Of a stretch of DNA of 64,000 nt, positions 30,501 through 38,222 are shown in pieces. The notes beneath the pieces are model-generated. The model had not been told where the DNA came from. It did not search any database and saw only the letters and a program-made list of their open reading frames with translations. The stretch covers positions 32,001 through 96,000 of the forward strand of contig JBGAQA010000014.1 in assembly GCA_044220955.1 (NCBI GenBank), given 5' to 3'. The DNA is from Sandaracinaceae bacterium (GTDB lineage Bacteria > Myxococcota_A > Polyangia > Polyangiales > Sandaracinaceae). How positions within the stretch are numbered: position 1 is the stretch's first letter; each line of letters begins with the position of its first letter. Both the position numbers and the translations under genes were made by a program.

Positions 30501-33500
30501 TCTTGCGGCGCGCCGAGCTCTCCGAGACGAAGCTGGGCGACGTCCCGGGCGCGATCGACACCTACGACTCCGTCCTCGCGGAGTCCGAATCGGTCGCCGC
30601 CTACCAGGGGCTCGAGCGCCTGTACCAGACGGCGGAGCGCTGGCCGGACCTCGCCGCGCTCTACGAGCGCATGCTCGAGCGCAACGTCGGCTTCCCGGTC
30701 GACGTCCGCTTCAAGCTCGGCCGCCTCTACCGCGAGAAGCTGAACGATCCGTTCATGGCGCTCGAGCAATTCCGCGAGGCGCTCTCGGGCGGCGCGCCGC
30801 ACGAGCCGACCATCGAGCAGCTCGAGCAGCTGATGGCGTCGAGCGAGCAGCGCGCCGCGGCCGCGGCGGTGCTCGAGCCGATCTACCAGCAGCGCTTGCA
30901 GTGGTCGAAGGTCGAGGGGGCTCTCGAAGCGCGCCTCTCGGGCGAGGGGGACGTCGAGGTCCGCAAGGGCTTGCTCGAGCGTCTCGGACGGCTCCGCGAG
31001 GAGTACCTGGAGGATCTCGACGGCGCGCTCGGCATCTACGCGCGCCTGTTCCGGGAGGACCCTCGCGACGAGTCCACGTGGGACACGCTCGCTCGGCTCG
31101 CGAAGGCGATCGACGCGTGGCCACGCGTCGCGGAGATCTACAAGACGACGCTCGACGAGATCGGCGTCGACGACCCCGAGACGGCGAAGCTCGCGACGCT
31201 CGCGGCGCAGATGTTCGAGCAGCGCCCCGGCTTCTCCGGGCAGGGTGATCTCGACAAGGCCGCCGGTCTCTACGCCAAGGCGCTGGCGTTCTCGCCCACC
31301 GATCGGGGGGTGTTCCTGGCGCTCGAGGCGCTGCACCAGCGCCAGAAGAGCTGGGACGCGCTCCTGGCGCTCTATCGCGCGCAGATCGACGTCGCCGAGA
31401 CCGACGCCGAGCGCGTCTCGCTCCTCGAGAAGCGGGCGGCGGTCCTGCGGGACCAGAAGGCCGACGCCGACGCGGCGATCGACGCGTTCCGGGAGATCCT
31501 CGACGTCGACCCGCAGCACACGGCGGCGAACGACGCGCTCGACGCGCTCCTCACCCTGCGCGAGCGCTGGAGCGACCTGGCCGAGCATCTGCGGAATCGG
31601 ATCCAGTACGCGAACGGGGCGCAGGAGGTCGCGCTGCGACAGCGGCTCGGCGTGCTCCTCGCCGAGAAGCTCGACGATCGCGTCATGGCGATCGACACGT
31701 TCGAGGAGATCGCGCGCCAGAACCCCGAGCACGGCGAGTCGGTGGCGGCCCTCGAGAAGCTCGTCACCGATCCCGCGCATCAGGCACGGATCATCGAGAT
31801 CCTGGAGCCCATCTACCAGGCGACCGATCAGTGGCGGAAGCGGATCGCGATCCAGGAGGCCAAGGCCGCGCTGACGGAGGAGCCCTCCGAGAAGGCGGCG
31901 ATCCTCTCGGACGTCGGCCACCTGCACGAGGACCGCGGCCGGGACCTGGCCATGGCGTTCGACGCGCAGTCGCGCGCGATGGCGCTCGAGCCGGGCAACG
32001 AGCAGCACCGGGCCGAGGTGGACCGCCTCGCGGCGCTCCTCGGCGCCTACGACCCGCTCGTCGCGGCGTACGAGGCGGCGATCAAGGCGAGCACGGACCC
32101 GGTGGTCACGACGTCCCTGCTCAACACGATCGCGCGCGTCCACGACGAGAAGCGAGGCGATCCCCGTGCGGCCATCGAGACCTACGAGCGCCTCCTGGCG
32201 CACGACTCCGAGGACGCGAGCCCGCTCGACGCCCTCGAGGCCCTTCACACGATGGTCGGTGACTGGCGCGGGATGGTCTCGGTGCTGGAGCGCAAGGTCG
32301 AGCGCGCCTACGACCCCGCGGAGCGCGGCGAGCTCCTGCGGCGCGCGGGCTCGGTCGCGGAGGATCTCCTCGGCGATCGCGGCCAGGCGATCGCGCTCTA
32401 TCGCAAGGCGTCGGAGGAGGACTCGGCCGACCCCGTGTCGCTCGAGTCGCTCGATCGGCTCTACAGCGAAGCAGCCGATCACGAGCACCTCGGCGAGGTG
32501 CTCAAGCGGCGTCTCGAGATCGAGCAGGACGAAGATGCGCGCGTCGACGCGGGTCTGCGGCTCGGCGCTCTCTGTCGCGACGCGCTGCGCGATCCGGAGG
32601 GGGCGATCGAGGCCTTCACGCGGGTGCTCGCGGACCGCGAGGGTGAAGAGACGGCCGTGGCTTCGCTCACGGAGCTCTACGAGCGCCAGGCCCGCTGGCC
32701 CGATCTGCTCGAGAACCTGCGGCTTCGCGCGGGGCTGGCCGGCGATCCCGTACAGCGCGTGGCGTTCCTGCACCGCTCGGCGGAGATCCTCGAGCGCGAG
32801 CTCGACGACGTGACCGAGGCGCTCGTGGTGCACGAGCAGGTCCTCACGATCGATCCGCGTCACGAGCCGGGCATCCAGGCGCTCGTGCGCATCGCGAAGC
32901 TCGACGAGCACCGCGCCGCCGCGGCGGCGATCGTGCTTCCGATCCTCGAGCGCGAGGGCCGGTACGCCGAGCTCGCCCAGCTGCTCGGCCTGGTCGCCGA
33001 GGCGTCGCGGGACCCCGTGGAGCGGAAGGAGACGCTGCGTCGGCTCGCGCGCGTGCGCGAGCAGGGGCTGCGCGATCTCGCGGGCGCCTTCGAGGCCGAG
33101 AACCGCGCGCTGGCCGAGGACCCGGGTGACGACGAGATCGCGGCGAGCATGGAGGCGCTCGCCGGGCGCCTCGGGGCCTACGACAAGCTCGCCGACGCTC
33201 TCGCGGCTCGCGCCTCGAGCGCCAGCGATCCGGACGCGGCTCGCCGGCTGTATGCGCGGCTGGCGCGGGTCGCCGAGGGCAACCTCGCCGACGACGCGCG
33301 CGCGATCGAGGCCCACAAGCGCGCGCTCCAGAACGCGAGCGACGACGCCGACGCGCTCGCTGCGCTCGACCGCCTCTACACCAAGCAGTCGGACTGGACC
33401 GCCCTCGCGGACATCCTCGACCGGCGCATCCAGCTCGCGGACGACCCCACGGAGCGTCGGGACATGCTGGTACGGCTCGGCTCGCTCCGCTGGGAGCAGT

Positions 33501-35830
33501 TCGAGGACGTGCGCGGCGCGTTCGCGGCGTTCTCGGAGGTGCTCGAGCGCGAGCCCGACGAGCCGCGCGCCCTCGGTGCCGTCGAGGGCCTGCTCGCCGA
33601 CGAGTCGATGGCGTCCGAGGTCGTCGAGACCCTGGATCAGGCCTACCGCGCGACCGGCGCGACCGCGAAGGTCGCGGCGCTCTACGACGTGCGGGTGCGC
33701 ATCGCCGACTCGGACGGCGAGCGCGTCCGCCTCCTCACCGAGCTCGCGCAGCTGCAGGAGAACGACCTGCACGACCACGCGGCGGCGCTCGCCGCGGCGA
33801 TGCGGGCCTACGAGCTCGATCCGCGGGACGAGGCGCTGCTCGCAGAGGTCGAGCGGCTCGCCGGCGCGTCGGGCTCTTTCCAGCCGCTCGCAGGGCTCGC
33901 CGAGCGCATCGGCGACAAGGACGTGCTCGACCGCAGCATGAAGCGCGACCTCGCGCTCCGCGCGGCGAGCTGGTACCGCGACCGGATCGGCGACGTCGCC
34001 GCCGCCGAGGGGCGTCTCCGCGCCGCGCTCGACGCCGATCGGGAGTCGGGGGAGGCGCACGCGCAGCTCGTGGATCTGCTCCGCGCGTCCGGCCGACAGG
34101 CGACGCTCGTCGCCGCGCTCCGCGCCTGGGCCGAGGTGGAGTTCGACGAGGACGCTCGCAAGGAGCGGCTGCGCGAGGCGGCCCGCCTGGCGGAGTCCCT
34201 GCTCGGCGACATCACGCTGGCGGCCGACAGCCTCGAGCGCATCCTGCAGACGGACGGCGCCGACACGCACGCGCTGGACGAGCTCGTGCGCATTCGAACG
34301 GCCGAGGGCAAGTGGGCGGCCGTCGCGTCGCTCCTCGAAAAGCGCGTCGACGCGGAGAGCGACCCCGCCATGCGCGTGAAGCTGCGGCGGCAGCTCGCGA
34401 CCACCTACCAGGGCCCGCTCGCGGACGATACGCGGGCCGTCGAGGCCTGGCAGGCCGTCGTGGACGAGGCACCGACCGACCTCGGGGCGATCGGCGCGCT
34501 CGAGACGCTCTTCGAGAAGGCGCAGAAGTGGCGCGACCTCGAGGAGCTGGTTCAGCGCCGGCTCGACATCGCCGAGACGCAGGCCGACAGGATCGCGGCG
34601 CGCGTGCGCCTCGCGCGCCTGGTCGAGCGGCTCGGCCGTCGATCGGAGGCGGCCGATCAGCTGCACGAGATCCTGGGCGAGGATCCGAACAACGCGGAGG
34701 CGCTCGACGAGCTCGAGAGGCTCTACGCGGCCGACAAGAAGTGGGACGACCTCTCCGAGCTCGTCCGGCGCCGCATCGACGACGCAACCTCGCGCGGCGA
34801 CGCGGGGGCCGAGGTCGCCGGCCTCACCCGGCTGGCCGATGTCGAGGAGAAGCAGCTGAAGCAGCCCGAGGCCGCCACGGCGACCTGGGAGCGTGTCGCG
34901 GCGCGTGATCCTCGGAACGCGTCCGCGCTCGCGTCCCTGGCACGCCTCTACGCGGCGGGTGGCCGTCACGCGGACGCGGCCGACACCATCGCGCGACGCA
35001 TCGGGCTGCTCCCGGCATCCGAGGCGATCGCGGAGTCCTACGGCCTCGCCGAGCTCGCCGAGACGAAGCTCTCGGATCCGGCGCGCACCGAGCAGGCGCT
35101 CCGCACGGCCTTCGAGCTCGATCGCGCCAACGCCGAGACGCGCAGGCGGCTCAAGGCGTTCTACGAGAAGGCATCCCGGCACCAGGAGCTGGCCGACATG
35201 CTCGCGCTCGACCTCGACGGGACCACCGAGAAGAGCGCGAAGATCGCCCTGCTCAAGCGGATCGCCGATCTGTACTCGCAGAAGCTCAAGGATCCGGCCT
35301 CGGCGGCGCGCTACTTCGAGCAGGCGGCGGCGCTCGACCCCGAGAACCGGGAAGTGCTCCTCCCGCTCTGCGATCTCTACATCGCCGCGGGACGCAGCTC
35401 GGACGCCGTGCCCGTCCTGGAGAAGATCATCGCCTCGTACGGCACGAAGCGGAGCAAGGAGGTCGCGGTGTACCAGCACCGCATGGGTCAGGCGCTCGAG
35501 GGCCTCGGTCAGACGGCTCAAGCGCTGGCCGCCTACGACGCAGCGTTCAAGATCGATCTCACGAGCGTGCCGATCCTCAGGGACCTCGGGCGGCTCTGCT
35601 ACACGGCGAACGACTTCGATCGTGCCCAGAAGACGTTCCGCGCGCTCCTTCTCCAGAAGCTGGATGGCAGCAGCGGCATCACGAAGGGCGACGTCTATTT
35701 CTACCTGGGCGACATCTCGGCCAAGCAGGGGGACCCGAAGAAGGGGATCCAGATGCTCGAGCGCGCCGTGCAGGAAGAGGCCGGTCACCCGCGGGCGACC
35801 GCGCTGCTGGCGCAGCTCAAGGGCGCATGA
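24587..35830 (+). CDS. Giant tetratricopeptide-repeat protein (about 3750 aa; AgmK/GltI-like architecture)
   Basis: Many helical repeats of the type AIxAYxxVLxxDPxxxxALxALxRLYxxxxRWxDL. No signal peptide or TM. Start chosen at GTG 24587 after GGAG; ORF is open from 24497. Confidence 0.88.
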   Translation: MLTVSNLLGALQEDPDQEQTIVDLRDALASGDRARTGEAPLRLIALAREQHEARHEWTAAAGLLSIEIDLTKDDVDRRAALLVRLGRIHREELLDDEAAKVAYQAAKELRPGDGDIEEALEGLVAAEENWKDFAKRFVTEAETTSEPSLKTSLLVSAAMLVWKYKKKGRDKDVDRLFKQALEADPGDARAARLQAHTLRKREKFDELAAALLEAGERTKTREDRLFFYRQAGRTCARVLKQKDRAAACFERVLDFAPGDEEAMGFLVEHFTDKEAWDHLVALYDDALRSRHKLDNELGIVLQIAMVHWRFRQAPADAEPYFARLRKVDPAHPGMIAFYRDYLRAIGDHAKLVTVLTDAQRVASDPKQKLDLAVELAKAAASSGATDRAIDAWKAVQRIDPHHAEALPALRSLYRAGGKWNALVEILKNEIEALPEGADDRKVALLRETIPIYQNELKLDVMVINTWNAILAIRPQDHDALDALASTYEQMGRWNDLIQVLGKKADAGTDPKQQAALYMRVAKLWIDRFANYNQATRPLEQVVEKDPTHREALMLLKDIYTKKRSWKQLYDVLRAESELASDPDVRQAHRIELARIAGERLHRASDAIAMWKEVLAHAGSAGGTSVDEALDSLEKLADREKDWATVAEVLERRVADPKTDEKETIKLLTKLGTLYGEQMNDGAKAAGAWKRVLAIEPKNGRALRTLRESYVSAGDWPSLEQLYGEANDWDGLAEVFGNAAEKAEDPAARVDLSFRAAAVYETRLNQPHRAFRSYERALATDPRNDRAARALLPIYEKEEKWGRVPALSEVILANLAVGGEATRSERLSILERLRKLASDRLNDPQAAVRWAVQAFEIDPTGAGTRETLFATAEKASTPAAWSDVERALSARLGSASGDESRWLRAQIAAIAGDRLGQTDRAVEQLRAMLAADPKDADAASSLDRVLRGAGRHEELRALYAHRIEHAADDAERWLLVSEQARLEEVELGDKSAAAALYRRALELDASDREALAALDRLATEGRRYDELAGILDKRRDLASSDAERVDLTLRLGETLAGPLGKPGPAKEELAKVLAARPTDARAIGLLEEIAASQPTLGDAIGRVLEPAYEATGSWEKLRGVLSARMATSQDGEERRALRLRFADLSTERANDPNSAYTVLEGAFLDDPKDTTLWDRLQQAAERAGKQAEAAAAMATAIDAGDLPQGDQAALSKRVAAIHAEVLGRAEDAEPFHKRVLAFDPSDEDSFNALKELYTEKERWNDLQTLYRTRIAQTVDAEAKLDLLLQLCFLFEELIDDPSAAISVYRDVLEIDPRHVAGRRALDRLYVRTERWADLAELLRGDLDQQDGDEATATMVRLGEVLETKLAQPKEAVDQYEAAINKSPDHDGARAALERLLASPSQRQRVAAILEPVHEMRESHADLARVLEVQLEAQDDKGARVALLTRIGQIHQGKLGDAEATFRAYARAVELDPSDAGLRAELASAAAQRGAHADRAEVLEKALAGAGDDMALKRDLGREIALIWDDMLGDAARAENAYSRLIQDAEGDAETILEASRALERIHVASGDHAKLAVDLRRQADLESDPERKRQLLVRLGDLVEEHLGDRAQAIAIQEERLVNDPSDADALRALERLYEAAQSWSPLAGVLEKLDAFAASDDERKQLARRIGAIRETKLGDRDGAIAAYNEVVQRFGTDRESLTALIRLYEAAERWTDLLEVVLMVRDLMGVGAPRTGLTFHAAELMRTQTNEIERAIEAYQEVLEADPHHEGALGALHDIALDPEASERFAAARALRPRYESGANYPALIEILQVLASGDDPSERLSALRRAAEIAEGPLAEPGKAFDLAMRAARLATTEPEIGPLLADGERLAAASDRWTDFATNLMEVAPEIADADLQVDAYRKIATIAENRLADTDTARQYYEKVLTERGDDRAAFDALERIATAGERWPALHELLVRKTDTVTSPEERVQLLLRRAELSETKLGDVPGAIDTYDSVLAESESVAAYQGLERLYQTAERWPDLAALYERMLERNVGFPVDVRFKLGRLYREKLNDPFMALEQFREALSGGAPHEPTIEQLEQLMASSEQRAAAAAVLEPIYQQRLQWSKVEGALEARLSGEGDVEVRKGLLERLGRLREEYLEDLDGALGIYARLFREDPRDESTWDTLARLAKAIDAWPRVAEIYKTTLDEIGVDDPETAKLATLAAQMFEQRPGFSGQGDLDKAAGLYAKALAFSPTDRGVFLALEALHQRQKSWDALLALYRAQIDVAETDAERVSLLEKRAAVLRDQKADADAAIDAFREILDVDPQHTAANDALDALLTLRERWSDLAEHLRNRIQYANGAQEVALRQRLGVLLAEKLDDRVMAIDTFEEIARQNPEHGESVAALEKLVTDPAHQARIIEILEPIYQATDQWRKRIAIQEAKAALTEEPSEKAAILSDVGHLHEDRGRDLAMAFDAQSRAMALEPGNEQHRAEVDRLAALLGAYDPLVAAYEAAIKASTDPVVTTSLLNTIARVHDEKRGDPRAAIETYERLLAHDSEDASPLDALEALHTMVGDWRGMVSVLERKVERAYDPAERGELLRRAGSVAEDLLGDRGQAIALYRKASEEDSADPVSLESLDRLYSEAADHEHLGEVLKRRLEIEQDEDARVDAGLRLGALCRDALRDPEGAIEAFTRVLADREGEETAVASLTELYERQARWPDLLENLRLRAGLAGDPVQRVAFLHRSAEILERELDDVTEALVVHEQVLTIDPRHEPGIQALVRIAKLDEHRAAAAAIVLPILEREGRYAELAQLLGLVAEASRDPVERKETLRRLARVREQGLRDLAGAFEAENRALAEDPGDDEIAASMEALAGRLGAYDKLADALAARASSASDPDAARRLYARLARVAEGNLADDARAIEAHKRALQNASDDADALAALDRLYTKQSDWTALADILDRRIQLADDPTERRDMLVRLGSLRWEQFEDVRGAFAAFSEVLEREPDEPRALGAVEGLLADESMASEVVETLDQAYRATGATAKVAALYDVRVRIADSDGERVRLLTELAQLQENDLHDHAAALAAAMRAYELDPRDEALLAEVERLAGASGSFQPLAGLAERIGDKDVLDRSMKRDLALRAASWYRDRIGDVAAAEGRLRAALDADRESGEAHAQLVDLLRASGRQATLVAALRAWAEVEFDEDARKERLREAARLAESLLGDITLAADSLERILQTDGADTHALDELVRIRTAEGKWAAVASLLEKRVDAESDPAMRVKLRRQLATTYQGPLADDTRAVEAWQAVVDEAPTDLGAIGALETLFEKAQKWRDLEELVQRRLDIAETQADRIAARVRLARLVERLGRRSEAADQLHEILGEDPNNAEALDELERLYAADKKWDDLSELVRRRIDDATSRGDAGAEVAGLTRLADVEEKQLKQPEAATATWERVAARDPRNASALASLARLYAAGGRHADAADTIARRIGLLPASEAIAESYGLAELAETKLSDPARTEQALRTAFELDRANAETRRRLKAFYEKASRHQELADMLALDLDGTTEKSAKIALLKRIADLYSQKLKDPASAARYFEQAAALDPENREVLLPLCDLYIAAGRSSDAVPVLEKIIASYGTKRSKEVAVYQHRMGQALEGLGQTAQALAAYDAAFKIDLTSVPILRDLGRLCYTANDFDRAQKTFRALLLQKLDGSSGITKGDVYFYLGDISAKQGDPKKGIQMLERAVQEEAGHPRATALLAQLKGA

Positions 35831-35852
35831 TCGGAATGACCACGGTCGGACG

Positions 35853-36731
35853 ATGACCACGCTCGCGCTGATCGACGGCTCGCTCCGCACCGAGGAGCGG
35901 GCGTCGGTCTCCGTCTTCGACCGGGGCTTCCTGTTCGGAGACTCGGTGTTCGAGGTGCTGCGCACGTACGGCGGACGGCCCTACGAGCTCGGCGCGCACC
36001 TCGAGCGTCTCGGGCGCTCCGCGCGGGGGATGGGCATCGAGCTGCCGATCGACGCCCGACGCCTCGCGCGCGAGGTCGAGAGGGGCCTGGCCAAGGCGCA
36101 GAACGAGGAGAGCTACGTCCGGATCGTGGTCACTCGCGGCAAGGGGCCCCTCCACATCGATCCGCGCACCGCGATGCAGCCCTCGCGGGTGATCATCGTC
36201 TCGCCGCTCCTGGCGCTGCCGGACGACCTCTATGCGCATGGCGTGGAGCTGACGAGCGTGCGCTTCGGGCGATCGACCGATCACTCACGCGCGGCGGGCT
36301 CGAAGGTGTCGGCGTACGTGTCCAACATGCTCGCCTTCTGGCAGGCGCGCGAGCAGGGCGGCTACGAGGCGCTGATGGTCGCCGACGACGGCCACGTCAG
36401 CGAGGGAAACTCGAGCAACGTGTTCGTGGTGACGGCCGGCGAGATCCTGACGCCGCCGCTCTCCCTCGGGATCCTGCCCGGGATCACGCGCGGCCTGGTG
36501 CGGCGGCTCGCGGCCGACCTCGAGATCCCGTTCCGCGAGGCGATGCTCTTCGCGCACGACTTCGAGCGCGCCGGCGAGGCGTTCCTCACGTCCAGCCTGC
36601 GGGAGGTCGTGCCCATCGTGCGGATCGACGGCCGGAGGATCGGTGACGGCATGCCAGGGCCCGTCACCCTGCGGCTGCTCGAGGCGTACCGGGCCCGGAC
36701 GCGCGAGCTCACGACGTTCGACGGCGTTTGA
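35853..36731 (+). CDS. Aminotransferase class IV (IlvE/Dat/PabC family)
   Basis: DRGFLFGDSVFE, HLERL, EGNSSN, ILPGITR, EAFLTSS, PGPVT. Confidence 0.9.
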   Translation: MTTLALIDGSLRTEERASVSVFDRGFLFGDSVFEVLRTYGGRPYELGAHLERLGRSARGMGIELPIDARRLAREVERGLAKAQNEESYVRIVVTRGKGPLHIDPRTAMQPSRVIIVSPLLALPDDLYAHGVELTSVRFGRSTDHSRAAGSKVSAYVSNMLAFWQAREQGGYEALMVADDGHVSEGNSSNVFVVTAGEILTPPLSLGILPGITRGLVRRLAADLEIPFREAMLFAHDFERAGEAFLTSSLREVVPIVRIDGRRIGDGMPGPVTLRLLEAYRARTRELTTFDGV

Positions 36732-36756
36732 CGCGCGGGGCTCGGCCTCGTACACC
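36728..36756 (+). promoter_or_regulatory. Sigma70-type promoter TTGACG-N17-TACACC for the small basic protein
   Basis: -35 at 36728-36733, -10 at 36751-36756, then AGGAGA RBS and ATG 36783. Confidence 0.55.
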
Positions 36757-36782
36757 CGCGTCCTTCCAGGAGATCAGCCCCC

Positions 36783-36929
36783 ATGGTTTCGTCCACGAAG
36801 CAGACCGAGCGTCGTCGCCGCATGAAGGCCGCCACGGGCGGTCGCGGCAAGAAGTCCGAGCGCGCCAAGGCGGGGACGCCGAAGTTCCCGATTCACCCCG
36901 AGGCCGCCGCGCCAGCCGCCAAGAAGTGA
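36783..36929 (+). CDS. Small basic protein, 48 aa (not in ORF track)
   Basis: MVSSTKQTERRRRMKAATGGRGKKSERAKAGTPKFPIHPEAAAPAAKK. It has an AGGAGA RBS, its own promoter-like sequence, GC-rich third positions and a downstream hairpin. Confidence 0.7.
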   Translation: MVSSTKQTERRRRMKAATGGRGKKSERAKAGTPKFPIHPEAAAPAAKK

Positions 36930-36936
36930 AGATCCG

Positions 36937-36958
36937 CCTCGCGCAGCGATGCGCGGGG
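36937..36958. terminator. GC-rich hairpin between convergent genes
   Basis: CCTCGCGCA-GCGA-TGCGCGGGG stem with a GNRA loop. No U-tract. Confidence 0.35.
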
Positions 36959-37020
36959 GAGTCTCCCTCGGGGCTCACTCCCGATGGCGGGACGTCCGCG
37001 GCCGGGACGCCTCCGGTGGA

Positions 37021-37689
37021 TCAGCGTGGGGCGCGGCCTTCGGGGCGTGCCCAGGACGCCGCCAGGATCTCCGTGCGCTCGATCGCGTCGTAGCGATAGA
37101 CGTGGCGCGCGTGCATGCTGGTGAAGCGGTCGAAGCGCATCCGCATCCGCAGCAGAGCGTCCGCGACCGCCGCCTGCGAGCCCGCGGTGGGGGGAGCGCC
37201 TTTCGCGCGGAGCTCGAGGACGATCGCGTCGATCGCGTCGTGGGCCTCCGCGGGGTGGAAGAGCGCGCCCGGCATCAGCTCGAAGGCCTCGTCGGTGGCG
37301 ACGAGGCGCCCGTCGACGCGCTCGCCGCCCAGCAAGCGCGCGGCGACGCCGGTTGCGGGGATCCGGTAGCGGGCGCCGAAGAGCGACTCGCACACGAGCC
37401 CCGAGTCCGTGCGCTCGACGCGGAAGAGGCTGCGCTCCGCGCGCGTGACCGCCACCGCCAGCGCGCGCTCGCCGTCCGCGACGTCGCCCCGGGTCGCGAA
37501 GGCCCGCGCGAGCGCGCCGCCCTCGAAGCTCGCGAGCGCGAAGTCGAAGAAGGCGCCGATCCGCTCCTCGTACCAGGCGTCTCCGGAGGCGAATGGGCCC
37601 GTGGCGGCCTCGAACGCGACGCGCGCCCGCGCGACCGCCGAGGGGTTCGCCTCTCGCGCCATGCGCTCCACGACGTCGGCCAGGCCCAC
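37021..37689 (-). CDS. Hypothetical protein
   Basis: Coding-like frame (RVAFEAATG...YEERIGAFFDF...LRMRMRFDRF). Start placed at GTG 37689 so that it does not overlap the divergent gene. Confidence 0.7.
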   Translation of the reverse strand: MGLADVVERMAREANPSAVARARVAFEAATGPFASGDAWYEERIGAFFDFALASFEGGALARAFATRGDVADGERALAVAVTRAERSLFRVERTDSGLVCESLFGARYRIPATGVAARLLGGERVDGRLVATDEAFELMPGALFHPAEAHDAIDAIVLELRAKGAPPTAGSQAAVADALLRMRMRFDRFTSMHARHVYRYDAIERTEILAASWARPEGRAPR

Positions 37690-37719
37690 GGGTCCCGTGT
37701 GCCCGGCGCTCGGGGCGGC

Positions 37720-37735
37720 GTCAAGCGTGCTTGAC
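37720..37735. promoter_or_regulatory. Palindrome GTCAAGC-GT-GCTTGAC (operator or back-to-back -35 boxes)
   Basis: Perfect 7-bp inverted repeat in the 88-nt divergent intergenic region. Each arm reads TTGAC outward. Confidence 0.5.
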
Positions 37736-37777
37736 AGTGCGCAGCCGCTCGGGCTCGATCGCGCGCGAGGAGAGCAC

Positions 37778-38221
37778 ATGAGCGACGACACGCGACGCGC
37801 GGTGGAGATGGTCGAGGCGACGATTCGTGCGCTCGGCGTCGATCCCGCGGCTGCGAAGATCCCGGGCGACGACAAGACCTTCGCGTACGCCCTGCGGCGC
37901 GGGAGCGCGCGCGTCGTCGTCGCGGTGACGCACGGCGAGGGTGGGGGGCAGCTGCGCGTGCTCGCGCCGGTCGTCCACGCGCCGGACGCCTCCAAGGAGG
38001 CGGCCGTCTACAAGCGCCTGCTGGAGCTCAACGCGCGCGAGATCTCCGGGGCTGCGTTCGGGCTCTTCGGCAACGAGATCGTCGCCGTCGTGGAGCGGTC
38101 CACCAAGGATCTCGATCCGAGCGAGGTCGAGGCGAACGTGAAGAACGTGGGCCGCGTGGCGGACCGCTGGGACGATGCGCTCGCGAAAGAGTTCGGGCTG
38201 AAGCGCTCCACCGACGCGTGA
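37778..38221 (+). CDS. YbjN / type III secretion chaperone-like fold protein
   Basis: 147 aa, RGSARV, YKRLLELN, GAAFGL, DLDPSE, ADRWDDAL. AGGAG RBS. Confidence 0.7.
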   Translation: MSDDTRRAVEMVEATIRALGVDPAAAKIPGDDKTFAYALRRGSARVVVAVTHGEGGGQLRVLAPVVHAPDASKEAAVYKRLLELNAREISGAAFGLFGNEIVAVVERSTKDLDPSEVEANVKNVGRVADRWDDALAKEFGLKRSTDA

Positions 38222-38222
38222 G

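Noticed and set aside
24491..35965. 3824-aa ORF antisense to the giant TPR gene
   Set aside because: In-register shadow frame of a high-GC gene. It has no recognisable motifs, while the plus strand has clear TPR periodicity.
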